Below, in pieces: positions 28,989 through 39,055 of a stretch of 64,000 nucleotides of DNA. The translations under genes were made by a program, and so were the position numbers. The stretch comes from an uncultured Sphingomonas sp. GTDB taxonomy: Bacteria > Pseudomonadota > Alphaproteobacteria > Sphingomonadales > Sphingomonadaceae. Positions within the stretch are counted from its first letter, which is position 1. Every line of letters begins with the position of its first letter. The notes beneath the pieces were generated by a model. That model was not told where the DNA came from, searched no databases, and saw only the letters and a list, made by a program, of their open reading frames with translations. The stretch covers positions 5,904 through 69,903 of the forward strand of contig CAJYRW010000087.1 in assembly GCA_913777475.1 (NCBI GenBank), written 5' to 3'.

Positions 28989-30392
28989 GTGTTCAAAGGC
29001 TTGAGCCCCATCCTGTACAACGGCCGCGAGGTTTGGCCGCTGATCGAAGGCGGGAAGGGCGTCGCCGCGACCAACCACGCATCCGCTGGCGCCTGGGCGG
29101 CGGCGGGCGGCGTCGGCACCGTGTCGGCCGTGAATGCCGACAGCTATGACGCCGAGGGCAAGATCATCCCCCAGATCTACCGCGCGCTGACCCGGCGCGA
29201 GCGGCACGAAGAGCTGATCGAATACGCCATCGAGGGCGCGGTCCAGCAGGTGAAGCGCGCCTGGGACATCGCCGGTGGCAAGGGCGCGATCAACATCAAC
29301 GTGCTGTGGGAAATGGGCGGCGCGCAGCGGGTGCTGGAAGGCGTGCTGGCACGCACCAAGGGGCTGGTCGCGGGCGTCACCTGCGGCGCGGGCATGCCCT
29401 ATAAGCTGTCCGAGATCGCGGCGCACCATCAGGTCAGCTATCTGCCGATCGTCTCCTCGGGCCGCGCTTTCCGCGCGCTGTGGAAGCGTGCCTATTCCAA
29501 GGCGGCGGAATGGCTGTCGGCGGTGGTCTATGAGGACCCCTGGCTCGCCGGTGGCCATAACGGCCTGTCGAACGCCGAAGACCCCTTGCAGCCCCAGGAC
29601 CCCTATCCGCGTGTGAAGGCGCTGCGCGACACGATGCGCGAGGGCGGGATTTCGGACGAGGTGCCGATCGTGATGGCGGGCGGCGTCTGGTATCTGCGGG
29701 ACTGGAACGACTGGATCGACAATCCCGAGCTGGGCAAGATCGCCTTCCAGTTCGGCACGCGCCCCCTGCTGACCCAGGAAAGCCCGATCCCCGAGGATTG
29801 GAAGCAGCGGCTGATGACGATCGAGCAGGGTGACGTCTTGCTCCACCGCTTCTCGCCGACCGGTTTCTATTCCAGTGCGGTGCGCAACCCCTTCCTGCGC
29901 AATCTGGAGGCTCGTTCGGAGCGCCAGATCGCCTTCTCGACCCAGGAAGCGGGCGACCATGTCTTCCAGCTCGACGTGGGCGTGAAGGGCAAGAATTTCT
30001 GGGTGACCAAGGGCGATCTGCTGCGCGCCCGCGAATGGTTCGGTGCGGGCTTCACCATGGCGCTGAAGACGCCCGACAACACGCTGGTGTTCGTGACGCC
30101 GGAAGAGGCCAAGGAAATCCGCAAGGACCAAGCCGACTGCATGGGCTGCCTGTCGCAGTGCCTGTTCTCGAGCTGGGCGGACAGCGAAACCAACTCGACC
30201 GGCCGTCTCGCCGACCCGCGCAGCTTCTGCATCCAGAAGACGCTGCAGGAGATCGCCCATGGCGGCGATGTCGAGCAGAACCTGATGTTCGCGGGACACG
30301 CGGCCTACAACTTCAAGCGCGACCCCTTCTACTCGAACGGGTTCGTGCCGACGGTCAAGCAGTTGGTCGACCGTATCCTGACCGGCGACTGA
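28989..30392 (+). CDS. Nitronate monooxygenase family flavin oxidoreductase
   Basis: EGGKG, CGAGMP, AGGHNG, MAGG, FQFGTR; GTG start. Confidence 0.88.
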   Translation: MFKGLSPILYNGREVWPLIEGGKGVAATNHASAGAWAAAGGVGTVSAVNADSYDAEGKIIPQIYRALTRRERHEELIEYAIEGAVQQVKRAWDIAGGKGAININVLWEMGGAQRVLEGVLARTKGLVAGVTCGAGMPYKLSEIAAHHQVSYLPIVSSGRAFRALWKRAYSKAAEWLSAVVYEDPWLAGGHNGLSNAEDPLQPQDPYPRVKALRDTMREGGISDEVPIVMAGGVWYLRDWNDWIDNPELGKIAFQFGTRPLLTQESPIPEDWKQRLMTIEQGDVLLHRFSPTGFYSSAVRNPFLRNLEARSERQIAFSTQEAGDHVFQLDVGVKGKNFWVTKGDLLRAREWFGAGFTMALKTPDNTLVFVTPEEAKEIRKDQADCMGCLSQCLFSSWADSETNSTGRLADPRSFCIQKTLQEIAHGGDVEQNLMFAGHAAYNFKRDPFYSNGFVPTVKQLVDRILTGD

Positions 30393-30410
30393 TCGCCGCG
30401 AAGCGTTATG

Positions 30411-30450
30411 AAAAGGGGGGCTTTCCTGAACCGGAAAGCCCCCCTTTTTT
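30411..30450. terminator. Bidirectional terminator
   Basis: aaaaggggggctttcc..ggaaagcccccctttttt between convergent genes. Confidence 0.88.
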
Positions 30451-30453
30451 GCA

Positions 30454-30645
30454 TCAGTCGGCGACGGTGCCGACGACCGCCCCGGCGGTGCCGCCGACCG
30501 CTGCGCCCTTCTGCACGCTACCCCCGGTCGCGGCGGCGACACCAGCTCCGCCAGCGCCGCCGATCGCGGCGCCCTTCAGCGTCGAACAGGCCGATATCGA
30601 CAGCGCGGTTGCGGTGAGGGTGAAGGCAATGGCCAGCTTTTTCAT
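30454..30645 (-). CDS. Small glycine-zipper lipoprotein
   Basis: ISAC lipobox, GAAIGG/GAAVGG repeats, AGGAG RBS. Confidence 0.85.
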   Translation of the reverse strand: MKKLAIAFTLTATALSISACSTLKGAAIGGAGGAGVAAATGGSVQKGAAVGGTAGAVVGTVAD

Positions 30646-30678
30646 GAGGGTAGCTCCTGTTGGAATGACAGGAGGGGG

Positions 30679-30703
30679 AATGCCGCCCGCCCCAGGCGGT
30701 TCC
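30679..30703 (-). promoter_or_regulatory. EcfG (general stress sigma factor)-type promoter
   Basis: GGAAC-N16-CATT upstream of the lipoprotein gene. Confidence 0.6.
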
Positions 30704-30818
30704 GCGTCGCAACATTTTGAAACGGATCGGGAAACGCTGTGACAGGGCGATAGGACGCTGGGCTGGAAGTGCGGGCCGCCTCTGAAGATCCAGGTTGAAG
30801 CGATACGATAATCGCGCT

Positions 30819-30844
30819 AACTGTATTGATTGAGCAATACAGTT
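30819..30844. promoter_or_regulatory. Perfect palindromic operator
   Basis: AACTGTATTG-N6-CAATACAGTT, 50 nt upstream of the serine hydrolase. Confidence 0.7.
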
Positions 30845-30894
30845 CCTCATATATTCGGGAGCTGTGCCTGGAATGACGGCAGGGGGGTAAGCGC

Positions 30895-32397
30895 ATGACG
30901 AGCACGTCACGCATAATGGGGTCGCGCGACACCTATGTCCGGTGGGCGGTCTCTACCGTTACGCTGGCATTGATCCTCGTTGCAGCCCCCCTACCCGCCA
31001 AGGGGCAGGCGGTGCCCGCATCCGTTGCTGCGGATCGGGCGCTGGACACGGCGCTGAATGCCTATCTTGTCGCCGCGACCCGGAACGAGCAATTTTCCGG
31101 CACCGTGCTTCTCGCGCGGGACGGCAAGCCGGTCTTCCTGCGCAGCTATGGCATGGCAAATTATGAGCTGAGCGTTCCGAACGGCCCCGACACGGTGTTC
31201 CGCCTCGCTTCGATCACCAAGCAATTTACCGCGCTCGCCGTCATGCAGCTTCAAGAGCAGAACAAGCTCCACGTCGACGATCCGATCTGCCGCTATCTGG
31301 TCGACTGTCCGGCCGCATGGCGGCCGATCACCATTCGCCAGTTGCTCAACCACATGTCGGGCATTCCCAATTTTTCCAGCCTGCCCGAATGGGACGAGGT
31401 GCTGTCTCGACGCGACTACACACCGACCGAGCTTGTCGCGCTATTCCGCAACCTGCCCTTGAAATTCGCGCCCGGTGAAAAGTACGACTATTCCAACTCG
31501 GGCTATCATCTCCTCGGTCTTATCATCGAGCGGACCTCCGGGATGCCTTGGGGCGCCTATGTCAAGCAGCACATATTGATACCGGCCGGGATGACGCACA
31601 GCGGGGACGATAATAGTCGCGCCATCGTTCCACACCGCGCGTCGGGCTATTATTCGCTTGGAACCACCTTTATCAACGCGCCGATCATCAGCCATACGGT
31701 CGGCTATGCTGCGGGTGGGCTCCACTCGACCGTGGGTGACTTGCTGCTCTGGGAGCGAGCATTGGCGCCCGGCAAATTGGTAAGCCAAGCGTCCCTTGAT
31801 GCGATGTTCACGCCAGCGAAGAACAATTACGGCTTTGGCTGGCGGATCGGGGAGCGGTTCGGCCGCCGAGAGATGGACCATTCCGGAAGCGACAACGGCT
31901 TCTCGACCTACATCATCCGATTCCCTGCCGATCGGCTGACTGCGATTGTGCTGAGCAACAGCGATCGTGCCTCGGCGAGCAAGGTCGGGAATGCGATGGC
32001 CGCCATTGCCTTCGGTCAGCCGACACCGCTGCCCGTCGCGCAGCTTCGAGAAATTCTCTGGGACCGGATCGATCGTAACGGCGTCGCCGGTGCCATCGCG
32101 CTGTATCGGGAACTGAAACAGTCGAATGCCAAGCTCGACTTCAGCGACGATGCGCTGGTGGGGCTGGGCTATGATCTTTATGAAGCCCAGCGCTATGCCG
32201 ACGCCAAGGCGATTTTCCGCTTCAACCTGACGGTCTATCCCAAATCCGCTTATAGCCATGACGGCTTGGCCGACGTCGCCGTCGCCGAGGGGGATCGCGA
32301 ACAGGCAATCAGCCTGTTTCGCCAGTCGCTGGCGCTCGATCCGACCAATGTCTATGCCAGCGATGCGCTGAAGCGGCTGCAGGCCTCGCCCCGCTAG
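30895..32397 (+). CDS. Serine hydrolase (beta-lactamase/AmpC-like) with C-terminal TPR
   Basis: Signal peptide, SITK (SxxK), YSN, HSG; C-terminal TPRs. Confidence 0.9.
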   Translation: MTSTSRIMGSRDTYVRWAVSTVTLALILVAAPLPAKGQAVPASVAADRALDTALNAYLVAATRNEQFSGTVLLARDGKPVFLRSYGMANYELSVPNGPDTVFRLASITKQFTALAVMQLQEQNKLHVDDPICRYLVDCPAAWRPITIRQLLNHMSGIPNFSSLPEWDEVLSRRDYTPTELVALFRNLPLKFAPGEKYDYSNSGYHLLGLIIERTSGMPWGAYVKQHILIPAGMTHSGDDNSRAIVPHRASGYYSLGTTFINAPIISHTVGYAAGGLHSTVGDLLLWERALAPGKLVSQASLDAMFTPAKNNYGFGWRIGERFGRREMDHSGSDNGFSTYIIRFPADRLTAIVLSNSDRASASKVGNAMAAIAFGQPTPLPVAQLREILWDRIDRNGVAGAIALYRELKQSNAKLDFSDDALVGLGYDLYEAQRYADAKAIFRFNLTVYPKSAYSHDGLADVAVAEGDREQAISLFRQSLALDPTNVYASDALKRLQASPR

Positions 32398-32407
32398 CGG
32401 CCCAGCC

Positions 32408-33406
32408 TTAAAGCCACCCCTCCAACACCTGATCCGGCGGACGGTGGCCGTCGGCCCAGCTGCGGATATTGGCGATGACCTTTTCCCCCGAGGCGACCCG
32501 CCCCTCCAGCGTGGCCGAGCCCATATGCGGGGTCAGCACGACATTGGGCAGCGCCAGCAAGCGGGGATCGATTTCCGGCTCGTGCCGCCAGACGTCGAGG
32601 CCCGCACCGGCCAGCTGGCCCGCCTCCAGCGCATCGACCAGCGCGTCCTCGTCGACGATGCCGCCCCGGCTGGCGTTGATGAGATAGACATGGGGGCGCA
32701 GCAGGGCGATGCGGCGGCGGTCGATCAGGTCGTGGCTGTCGGCATTCAGCGGCGTGTGGATCGACACGATGTCGACCGCGCCCAGCATCGCATCGAGATC
32801 GGGATGCCAGGTCGCGCCCAGCTCCGCCTCAATGCTGGCGGGCAGGCGGCGGCGGTTATGGTAATGGATCGACAGGCCAAAGGCGCGTGCGCGCCGGGCG
32901 ACGGCCTGGCCGATCCGCCCCATGCCGACCACGCCCAGCGCCTTGCCGCCGATCCGGTGGCCCAGCATCCCGCCGGGGCTCCATCCCTTCCAACCGCCCG
33001 AGCGGACCAGCTTCTCGCCTTCGGGCAGGCGGCGCGGCACCGACAGGATCAGCGCCATGGTCATGTCGGCGGTGTCCTCGGTCAGGACGCCGGGGGTATT
33101 GGTGACGATGATGCCCCGCGCGCGGGCTGCCTTCAGGTCGATATGGTTCACGCCCGCGCCGAAATTGGCGATCAGCTTCAGCCGGGGCCCGGCGCTCGCG
33201 ATAAGGTCCGCGTCGATCGCGTCGGTTACGGTGGGGACCAGCACGTCGCAATCGGCCATGGCGGCGGCCAGTTCGTCGCGGTGCATCTTGTCGTCCGCGC
33301 GATTCAGCTGCGTATCGAACAGCGCGGCCATCCGCTCCATGATCGGATCGGGCAACTCGCGGGTGACGACCACCCTGGGGTTCAGGCAGCGGCGTGGATC
33401 GGTCAT
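32408..33406 (-). CDS. D-glycerate/2-hydroxyacid dehydrogenase
   Basis: NTPGVLTEDTAD, GMGRIG, NASRG, GLDV, TPHMGSAT. Confidence 0.92.
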   Translation of the reverse strand: MTDPRRCLNPRVVVTRELPDPIMERMAALFDTQLNRADDKMHRDELAAAMADCDVLVPTVTDAIDADLIASAGPRLKLIANFGAGVNHIDLKAARARGIIVTNTPGVLTEDTADMTMALILSVPRRLPEGEKLVRSGGWKGWSPGGMLGHRIGGKALGVVGMGRIGQAVARRARAFGLSIHYHNRRRLPASIEAELGATWHPDLDAMLGAVDIVSIHTPLNADSHDLIDRRRIALLRPHVYLINASRGGIVDEDALVDALEAGQLAGAGLDVWRHEPEIDPRLLALPNVVLTPHMGSATLEGRVASGEKVIANIRSWADGHRPPDQVLEGWL

Positions 33407-33534
33407 GGGCACGGATTGGGCCAAGCCCGCCGGTCCGTCAACTGGGCATGCGCCGCGCGTCTGCGAACATGGTTGAAGCGGCGCCCCGGCTCGGCGTAGA
33501 GGCGTGGCTGGGCGGGCAGGTAAAAGGATAGACG

Positions 33535-34047
33535 ATGCGCAGGTCGATGGCCGGGCTGGCACTGATCGCGATGACGCTGTCGATGGATCTGGCGACGGGG
33601 CTGACCGCTCCGGCCGCGATCGCCGCGTCCGAAAAGCGCGCCATGCCCTATTATGGTTCGATCGGGGCGACGCTGGCGCGGATGCGCACAGGCCCGGCGC
33701 GCGCCTATCCCGCCAGCTGGACCTATCGCCGCCAGGACCTGCCGGTCAAGGTGATCGCGGCGTTCAAGGAATGGCGCAAGGTGCAGGACCCCGATGGGAC
33801 CGAGGGCTGGATGCTCGCCGTCCTGCTGCGCAACACCCGCACCGCGATCGTGCGCAGTTCCGACCCGCTGCCGATGCGCGCCGCTCCGGACGAGGGCGCC
33901 AAGACGCTGTGGCGCGCCGCGCCGGGCGTGGTCGGGCGGATCAGCGAGTGCAACGGGGCTTGGTGCCGGTTCGACGTGAAGGGGCAGGCGGGCTTCGTGC
34001 CGGTCGGTTCGATCTGGGGTGTCGATCCGGGGGAAGTGCTGCCTTAA
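33535..34047 (+). CDS. Exported SH3-domain protein
   Basis: RMRTGP..YP..W, WRKVQDPDGTEGW and a second SH3 repeat. Confidence 0.88.
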   Translation: MRRSMAGLALIAMTLSMDLATGLTAPAAIAASEKRAMPYYGSIGATLARMRTGPARAYPASWTYRRQDLPVKVIAAFKEWRKVQDPDGTEGWMLAVLLRNTRTAIVRSSDPLPMRAAPDEGAKTLWRAAPGVVGRISECNGAWCRFDVKGQAGFVPVGSIWGVDPGEVLP

Positions 34048-34086
34048 GGGTTTTTGGTCGCGGAGGCCGGTCTCGGTGAGACGCCT

Positions 34087-34219
34087 TGCCCTCCCCCGGC
34101 CCCTCCCGCCTGCGGGAGGGGAGAAGAAGGGGGCTTTTCAGGTCGGCGACCTTAGGTGGAGTTCCCAAGTCGGCCCCAAGCACGCCCCTCCCGCAGGCGG
34201 GAGGGGACGGGGGAGGGCA
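34087..34219. repeat. REP-like composite inverted repeat
   Basis: Two copies of CCCCTCCCGC-NN-GCGGGAGGGG (34100, 34185) inside tgccctccccc/gggggagggca arms. Confidence 0.82.
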
Positions 34220-34284
34220 GGCCACGGGCGATTGCCTCGATGAGACTCCAGGCCCTTGCCAGGCTGCGGCGGCCAAGAAGACGC

Positions 34285-35466
34285 TTACAACAACTCCACC
34301 GCCATCGCGGTGGCTTCGCCGCCGCCGATGCAGAGCGAGGCGACGCCGCGCTTGGCCCCCTTGGTCTCCAGCGCCGACAACAGGGTCGCCAGCACGCGTG
34401 CGCCGCTCGCGCCGATCGGATGGCCCAGCGCGCAAGCGCCGCCATGGACGTTCAGCCGGTCGTGCGACAGGTCCATGTCGCGCATCGCGATCATCGCGAC
34501 GGCCGCAAAGGCTTCGTTGACTTCATAGAGATCGGCATCACCGGTCGACCAGCCCGCGCGCTCGAGCGCCTTGCGCATCGCGAAGACCGGCGCGGTGGTG
34601 AAACGGGCGGGCGCATGGGCATGGCCTGCCTGCGCTACGACCCGCGCGATCGGGGTGAGGCCCAGCCGCTCGGCGACGCTGGCGCGCGTCATGACCAGCG
34701 CCGCCGCGCCGTCCGAGATGGAGGAGGCATTGGCCGCGGTGATGGTGCCGTCCTTGGCAAAGGCGGGCTTCAGCGTCGGGATCTTGGCCGGATCGCCCTT
34801 GGCAGGCTGTTCGTCGAGGGTGATCTGCTCCTCGCCCTTGCGGGTCTTGACGGTGACCGGCACGATCTCGCGGTCGAACGCGCCGGAGGCCTGCGCCGCC
34901 TTGGCGCGCTCTAGCGAGGCGATGGCGAAATCATCCTGCGCCGCCCGCGTGAACTGGTATTCCTGCGCTGCCTCCTCGGCGAAATGGCCCATCAGCCGCC
35001 CCCGCTCATAGGCGTCCTCCAGACCATCGAGGAACATATGGTCATAGAGCGTGTCATGGCCGATGCGCGCCCCGCCGCGATGCTTGTGGCTGAGATAGGG
35101 GGCGTTCGTCATGCTCTCCATGCCGCCCGCGACGATCAGGTCGGCCGAACCCGCCGCCAGCGCCTCGGCCGCCATGATCGCGGCCTGCATGCCCGAACCG
35201 CACATCTTGTTGACCGTCGTCGCCTCGACCTGTTCACCCAGACCCGCGAAGATCGCCGCCTGGCGCGCCGGGGCCTGGCCCAGCCCGGCGGGCAGGACGC
35301 AGCCCATGTGAATACGCTCGATGGCGGAAGGATCGACGCCCGCCCGCTCGACCGCGCCCTTCACGGCGGCGGCGCCCAGCTGGGTCGCGGACAGGCCGGA
35401 CAGGCTGCCTTGGAACGATCCCATGGGGGTGCGGGCATAGGACAGGATGACGATGGGGTCCGTCAT
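34285..35466 (-). CDS. Acetyl-CoA C-acyltransferase (thiolase)
   Basis: NKMCGSG, NEAFA, GHPIGASG, CIGGG. Confidence 0.95.
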   Translation of the reverse strand: MTDPIVILSYARTPMGSFQGSLSGLSATQLGAAAVKGAVERAGVDPSAIERIHMGCVLPAGLGQAPARQAAIFAGLGEQVEATTVNKMCGSGMQAAIMAAEALAAGSADLIVAGGMESMTNAPYLSHKHRGGARIGHDTLYDHMFLDGLEDAYERGRLMGHFAEEAAQEYQFTRAAQDDFAIASLERAKAAQASGAFDREIVPVTVKTRKGEEQITLDEQPAKGDPAKIPTLKPAFAKDGTITAANASSISDGAAALVMTRASVAERLGLTPIARVVAQAGHAHAPARFTTAPVFAMRKALERAGWSTGDADLYEVNEAFAAVAMIAMRDMDLSHDRLNVHGGACALGHPIGASGARVLATLLSALETKGAKRGVASLCIGGGEATAMAVELL

Positions 35467-35563
35467 GGGGACATGCTCTCCAAATAGGTATGTTTTGATG
35501 TCGTTGTTGGCCGGGCCTGTACGCCTTTTGCTCGGGCGGCGCAAAGGGGCTAGGGCGGTCGCC

Positions 35564-36325
35564 ATGGCGTTCGGGGCGGCATCGGCGGTGTGGGCCGTGT
35601 TCTATGGATTGGCGGGCGCGATCGTCGGATCGTTCGTCGCCGCGCTGGTGCTGCGCTGGCTGAGCGATCGCTCGGTCATGGCGGGGCGGTCGGTGTGCGA
35701 CCATTGTGGGGGGACGCTGCGGGTCTGGGAACTGGTGCCGATCCTTAGCTTCGTAGCCCTTCGCGGCCGCTGCGCGCGGTGCCGAGAGCCGATCGATCCG
35801 GTGCATTGGCGAATAGAGGTGCTGGCACTGCTGATCGGCGCATCGGCGGGTTGGGTCGCGGGACCCGATGGCTGGATGGGGGCGCTGTTCGGCTGGTCGC
35901 TGCTGGCGCTGGGGGCGCTGGATACCCTGGCCTTATGGCTGCCGGATCGGTTGACCTTGTGGCTGGCAATGACGGGCATGCTGACCGGGGCGCTGGGCCA
36001 AGCGCCGCCGCTGGGCGATCGGCTGGTCGGCGGGCTGATCGGTTTCGGCGGGCTCTGGGCCATTGGCGCGGGCTACCGGTGGTGGCGCGGGCGCGAGGGG
36101 CTGGGCGGTGGCGACCCGAAGCTGTTGGGCGCGATCGGCTTGTGGCTTGGATGGCGTATGATTCCGGGGGTGCTGCTGGTCGCCTGCATCATCGGGCTGG
36201 GCTTCGTCGTGATACGACATCTTTCGGGCCGCCGGGCCAGCGGGCAGGACGTGGTGCCGCTGGGTCTGCTGCTGGCCCTGGCGGCTTACCCGGCCTGGGT
36301 GTTGATGATAGGAATGACACCATGA
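35564..36325 (+). CDS. Prepilin peptidase (A24)
   Basis: GSF, RSVCDHC..GRCARC zinc pairs, GLGGGDPKL. Confidence 0.9.
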   Translation: MAFGAASAVWAVFYGLAGAIVGSFVAALVLRWLSDRSVMAGRSVCDHCGGTLRVWELVPILSFVALRGRCARCREPIDPVHWRIEVLALLIGASAGWVAGPDGWMGALFGWSLLALGALDTLALWLPDRLTLWLAMTGMLTGALGQAPPLGDRLVGGLIGFGGLWAIGAGYRWWRGREGLGGGDPKLLGAIGLWLGWRMIPGVLLVACIIGLGFVVIRHLSGRRASGQDVVPLGLLLALAAYPAWVLMIGMTP

Positions 36326-36735
36326 TGCTCCTGACGATCGTCGCCATGGCGCAAGCCGCCGCCGTGCCCGTTCTGGGCACGCTGCCCAAACAGTCGCTCC
36401 CGGAAAAGGGCTGCGCCGCCTATCTGTGGGCGGTGCAGGACCAGCGTTTCGTCGCCATGGTCGAGCCGGGGCGGCTGCGCGTGATGCTGGACGGCAAGCA
36501 AGCCGATCTGCCCGCCGCCGAGGCCGTGGGCACGGGCGCGCTGGGGCTGGCCAGCACAACGCGCTATGCCGGGGAAGGGGTTACGGCCACGCTCGACATG
36601 AGGATCACCCAGCGCGAAACGCTGCAGGACGGGGCCATCGTGTCGGATGCGACGATCCGCCTAGCGCGCGGAAATCAGGACGAAATCATCGTGCCGGTGG
36701 GCGGCATGGTGGGGTGCGCACCGGCGGCCCGTTGA
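36322..36735 (+). CDS. Exported hypothetical protein
   Basis: ATGA coupling to the peptidase gene, signal peptide, two Cys. Confidence 0.7.
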   Translation: MMLLTIVAMAQAAAVPVLGTLPKQSLPEKGCAAYLWAVQDQRFVAMVEPGRLRVMLDGKQADLPAAEAVGTGALGLASTTRYAGEGVTATLDMRITQRETLQDGAIVSDATIRLARGNQDEIIVPVGGMVGCAPAAR

Positions 36736-36835
36736 TCCGCCGAGGGAACTTCGCGGGGCCTCCCCGCGTTGGCGGATCGTTGGGGGATCGTTCCGAATAA
36801 CGGAAGAGCCCTGTCGGAAAGGGGCTTTTTACGGC

Positions 36836-39055
36836 GTGGCGGAACGAAACGGCAGACATACCTGGCTCGCGTTCGCGCTGATTGCTCCCTCCCTGTTCTC
36901 GTCGCCCGTCTCGGCGCAATTGTCCAAGCCGGGCACCGCCCCTGCGCAAGGGCCGAGCGTGCCGCAGGACCAGCGCGACGGGACCAGCGACCCGCAGGCC
37001 AATGCCCCCATCGTCCCCGATGCGCAGTTCAACGCCGCACTTCCCCCGCTGAGCGGCGATATCAACGCACCGCTGGAATCCATGGCGACCATGGAAAAGA
37101 ACCAGCCCGCCGCCCAAGCGATTCCGACGCCGCAGACCGCGCCGCCCTTGCCCAGCGCACAGACCGCCCAGCCGCTGGCGACCGGCGACACTATCGGCCC
37201 GATCGCGCCCGAGGACCCGCAACTGGCCCAGCCGCTGACCCCGCTGACCAGTTTCGACACGACCCCGCTGGAAACCGCCGCCGATCCCAAGGGCACCCGC
37301 GCGCCCGAAATCCGCTATGACATGGAGGTGCGGGGCCTGGCCGAGCTGAAGCTGGACGACGAGTTCAAGGGCCTGTCGTCCCTGCGCGAAGGCAAGGGCA
37401 AGGCGGCCAACGCCACCCAGGTCTCCGCCCGCGCGCGGGAAGACGAGCAACTGGCGATCCGGCTGATGAAGTCGCTCGGCTATTACGACGCCACCGCCGT
37501 CTCGACGCTCCAGCGCGAAGGGGCGGGCGAGGGCGAGGGCGAGAATGGCCGGTTGAAGGTCGTGCTGACCGCCACGCCGGGGCGGCTCTATCGCCTGTCC
37601 TCGGTGACCGTGAAGGCCGATCCGACCACGCCGCCCGATCTGGTCCGCTCCAATCTGCCGCTCAAGGTCGGCGATCCGATCGAAGCCGCGCGAATCCAAG
37701 GTGCCGAGGCGAATGTCAGCCTGGTCCTGCCCCAGCGCGGCTATCCCTTCGTCAAGGTCGGCGACCGCGACATATTGCTGGAGGATCAGGGGCCGGAGCC
37801 GGTGGGCGCCTATACCCTGCCGGTCGATACCGGCCCGCGCTCGGCGTTCGGCAAGCTGACCACGACGGGCGACGCGGTGTTCGACCTCGATCACCTGAAC
37901 GTCTTCCCGCGTTTCGACGAAGGGCAGTTGTACGACTCGCGCCTGACCGACGATCTGCGCAATGCGCTGGTTGCGACGGGCCTGTTCAACGGCATCGCGG
38001 TCGAACCCAAGCGGACCGGGCGGATGAACCCCGACGGCACCGAGGCGATCGATCTTCAGGTGACGCAGACCAAGGGACCCGCACGCACCCTGTCGGGCGA
38101 GGGGGGTTATTCGACCGGCCAGGGTGTGCGCCTGCAGGGCAGCTTCACCAACCGCAATGCCTTCAAGCCCGAGGGTGCCCTCATCGCCTCGGTCATTGCG
38201 GGTACGCAGGAACAGGGGCTCAGCGGTACCTTCCGCCGCTCGAACGCCGGGCGGCGCGACCGGACGTTCCAGGTCATCGCTTCGGCCAGCCACCAGAATT
38301 ACGATGCGTTCGACGCGTTCATCGGCACGGTCGCCTTCCGCTGGAGCTATGACTCCACGCCGATCTGGCAGAAGAAATTCACCTATGCCTTTGGTGGCGA
38401 ACTGACCGGCACCAACGAAAGCGTCTATGATTTCGCGCGGGGCGAGAGGGTGCGCGGCACCTATGGCATCGCCGCCATTCCGGGTCAGGTGGTGTTCGAC
38501 CAGTCGAACGACCTGCTCAACCCGAAGCGCGGCTATCGCCTGAAGCTGAACCTCAGCCCCGAAACCTCGGTGCGCGGCGCGGTGCGGCCCTATGCGCGGA
38601 CGATGGTCGAGGGCACCTTCTATTATCCGTTCAACGACAGCCTGGTGATTGCGGGCCGGGCGCGGGCGGGAGCGATCTTCGGCATCGAGCGGGATGATCT
38701 GGCCCCGTCGCGGCGCTATTATGGTGGCGGCGGCGGATCGGTGCGCGGCTATGGTTTCCAGCGGCTTGGGCCGCTCGATCCGCAGGGCAATCCGGTCGGC
38801 GGCCGCAGCCTGAACGAGTTCGCGCTGGAGGCGCGCTATCGCTTCGGCAATTTCGGCATCGTGCCGTTCGTCGATGCGGGCAACAGCTATGAAAGCACGC
38901 TGCCCACAGGCAAGGACCTGCGCTTCGGCGCGGGTATCGGTGGGCGCTTCTACACCAATTTCGGGCCGCTGCGCGTTGACGTCGCGACGCCGCTGAACCC
39001 GCGACCGGGTGACGGCAAGGTCGCCCTGTACATCTCGATCGGGCAGGCCTTCTGA
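36836..39055 (+). CDS. tamA: TamA (Omp85 family)
   Basis: POTRA region, GGGGSVRGY, C-terminal YISIGQAF. Confidence 0.92.
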   Translation: MAERNGRHTWLAFALIAPSLFSSPVSAQLSKPGTAPAQGPSVPQDQRDGTSDPQANAPIVPDAQFNAALPPLSGDINAPLESMATMEKNQPAAQAIPTPQTAPPLPSAQTAQPLATGDTIGPIAPEDPQLAQPLTPLTSFDTTPLETAADPKGTRAPEIRYDMEVRGLAELKLDDEFKGLSSLREGKGKAANATQVSARAREDEQLAIRLMKSLGYYDATAVSTLQREGAGEGEGENGRLKVVLTATPGRLYRLSSVTVKADPTTPPDLVRSNLPLKVGDPIEAARIQGAEANVSLVLPQRGYPFVKVGDRDILLEDQGPEPVGAYTLPVDTGPRSAFGKLTTTGDAVFDLDHLNVFPRFDEGQLYDSRLTDDLRNALVATGLFNGIAVEPKRTGRMNPDGTEAIDLQVTQTKGPARTLSGEGGYSTGQGVRLQGSFTNRNAFKPEGALIASVIAGTQEQGLSGTFRRSNAGRRDRTFQVIASASHQNYDAFDAFIGTVAFRWSYDSTPIWQKKFTYAFGGELTGTNESVYDFARGERVRGTYGIAAIPGQVVFDQSNDLLNPKRGYRLKLNLSPETSVRGAVRPYARTMVEGTFYYPFNDSLVIAGRARAGAIFGIERDDLAPSRRYYGGGGGSVRGYGFQRLGPLDPQGNPVGGRSLNEFALEARYRFGNFGIVPFVDAGNSYESTLPTGKDLRFGAGIGGRFYTNFGPLRVDVATPLNPRPGDGKVALYISIGQAF

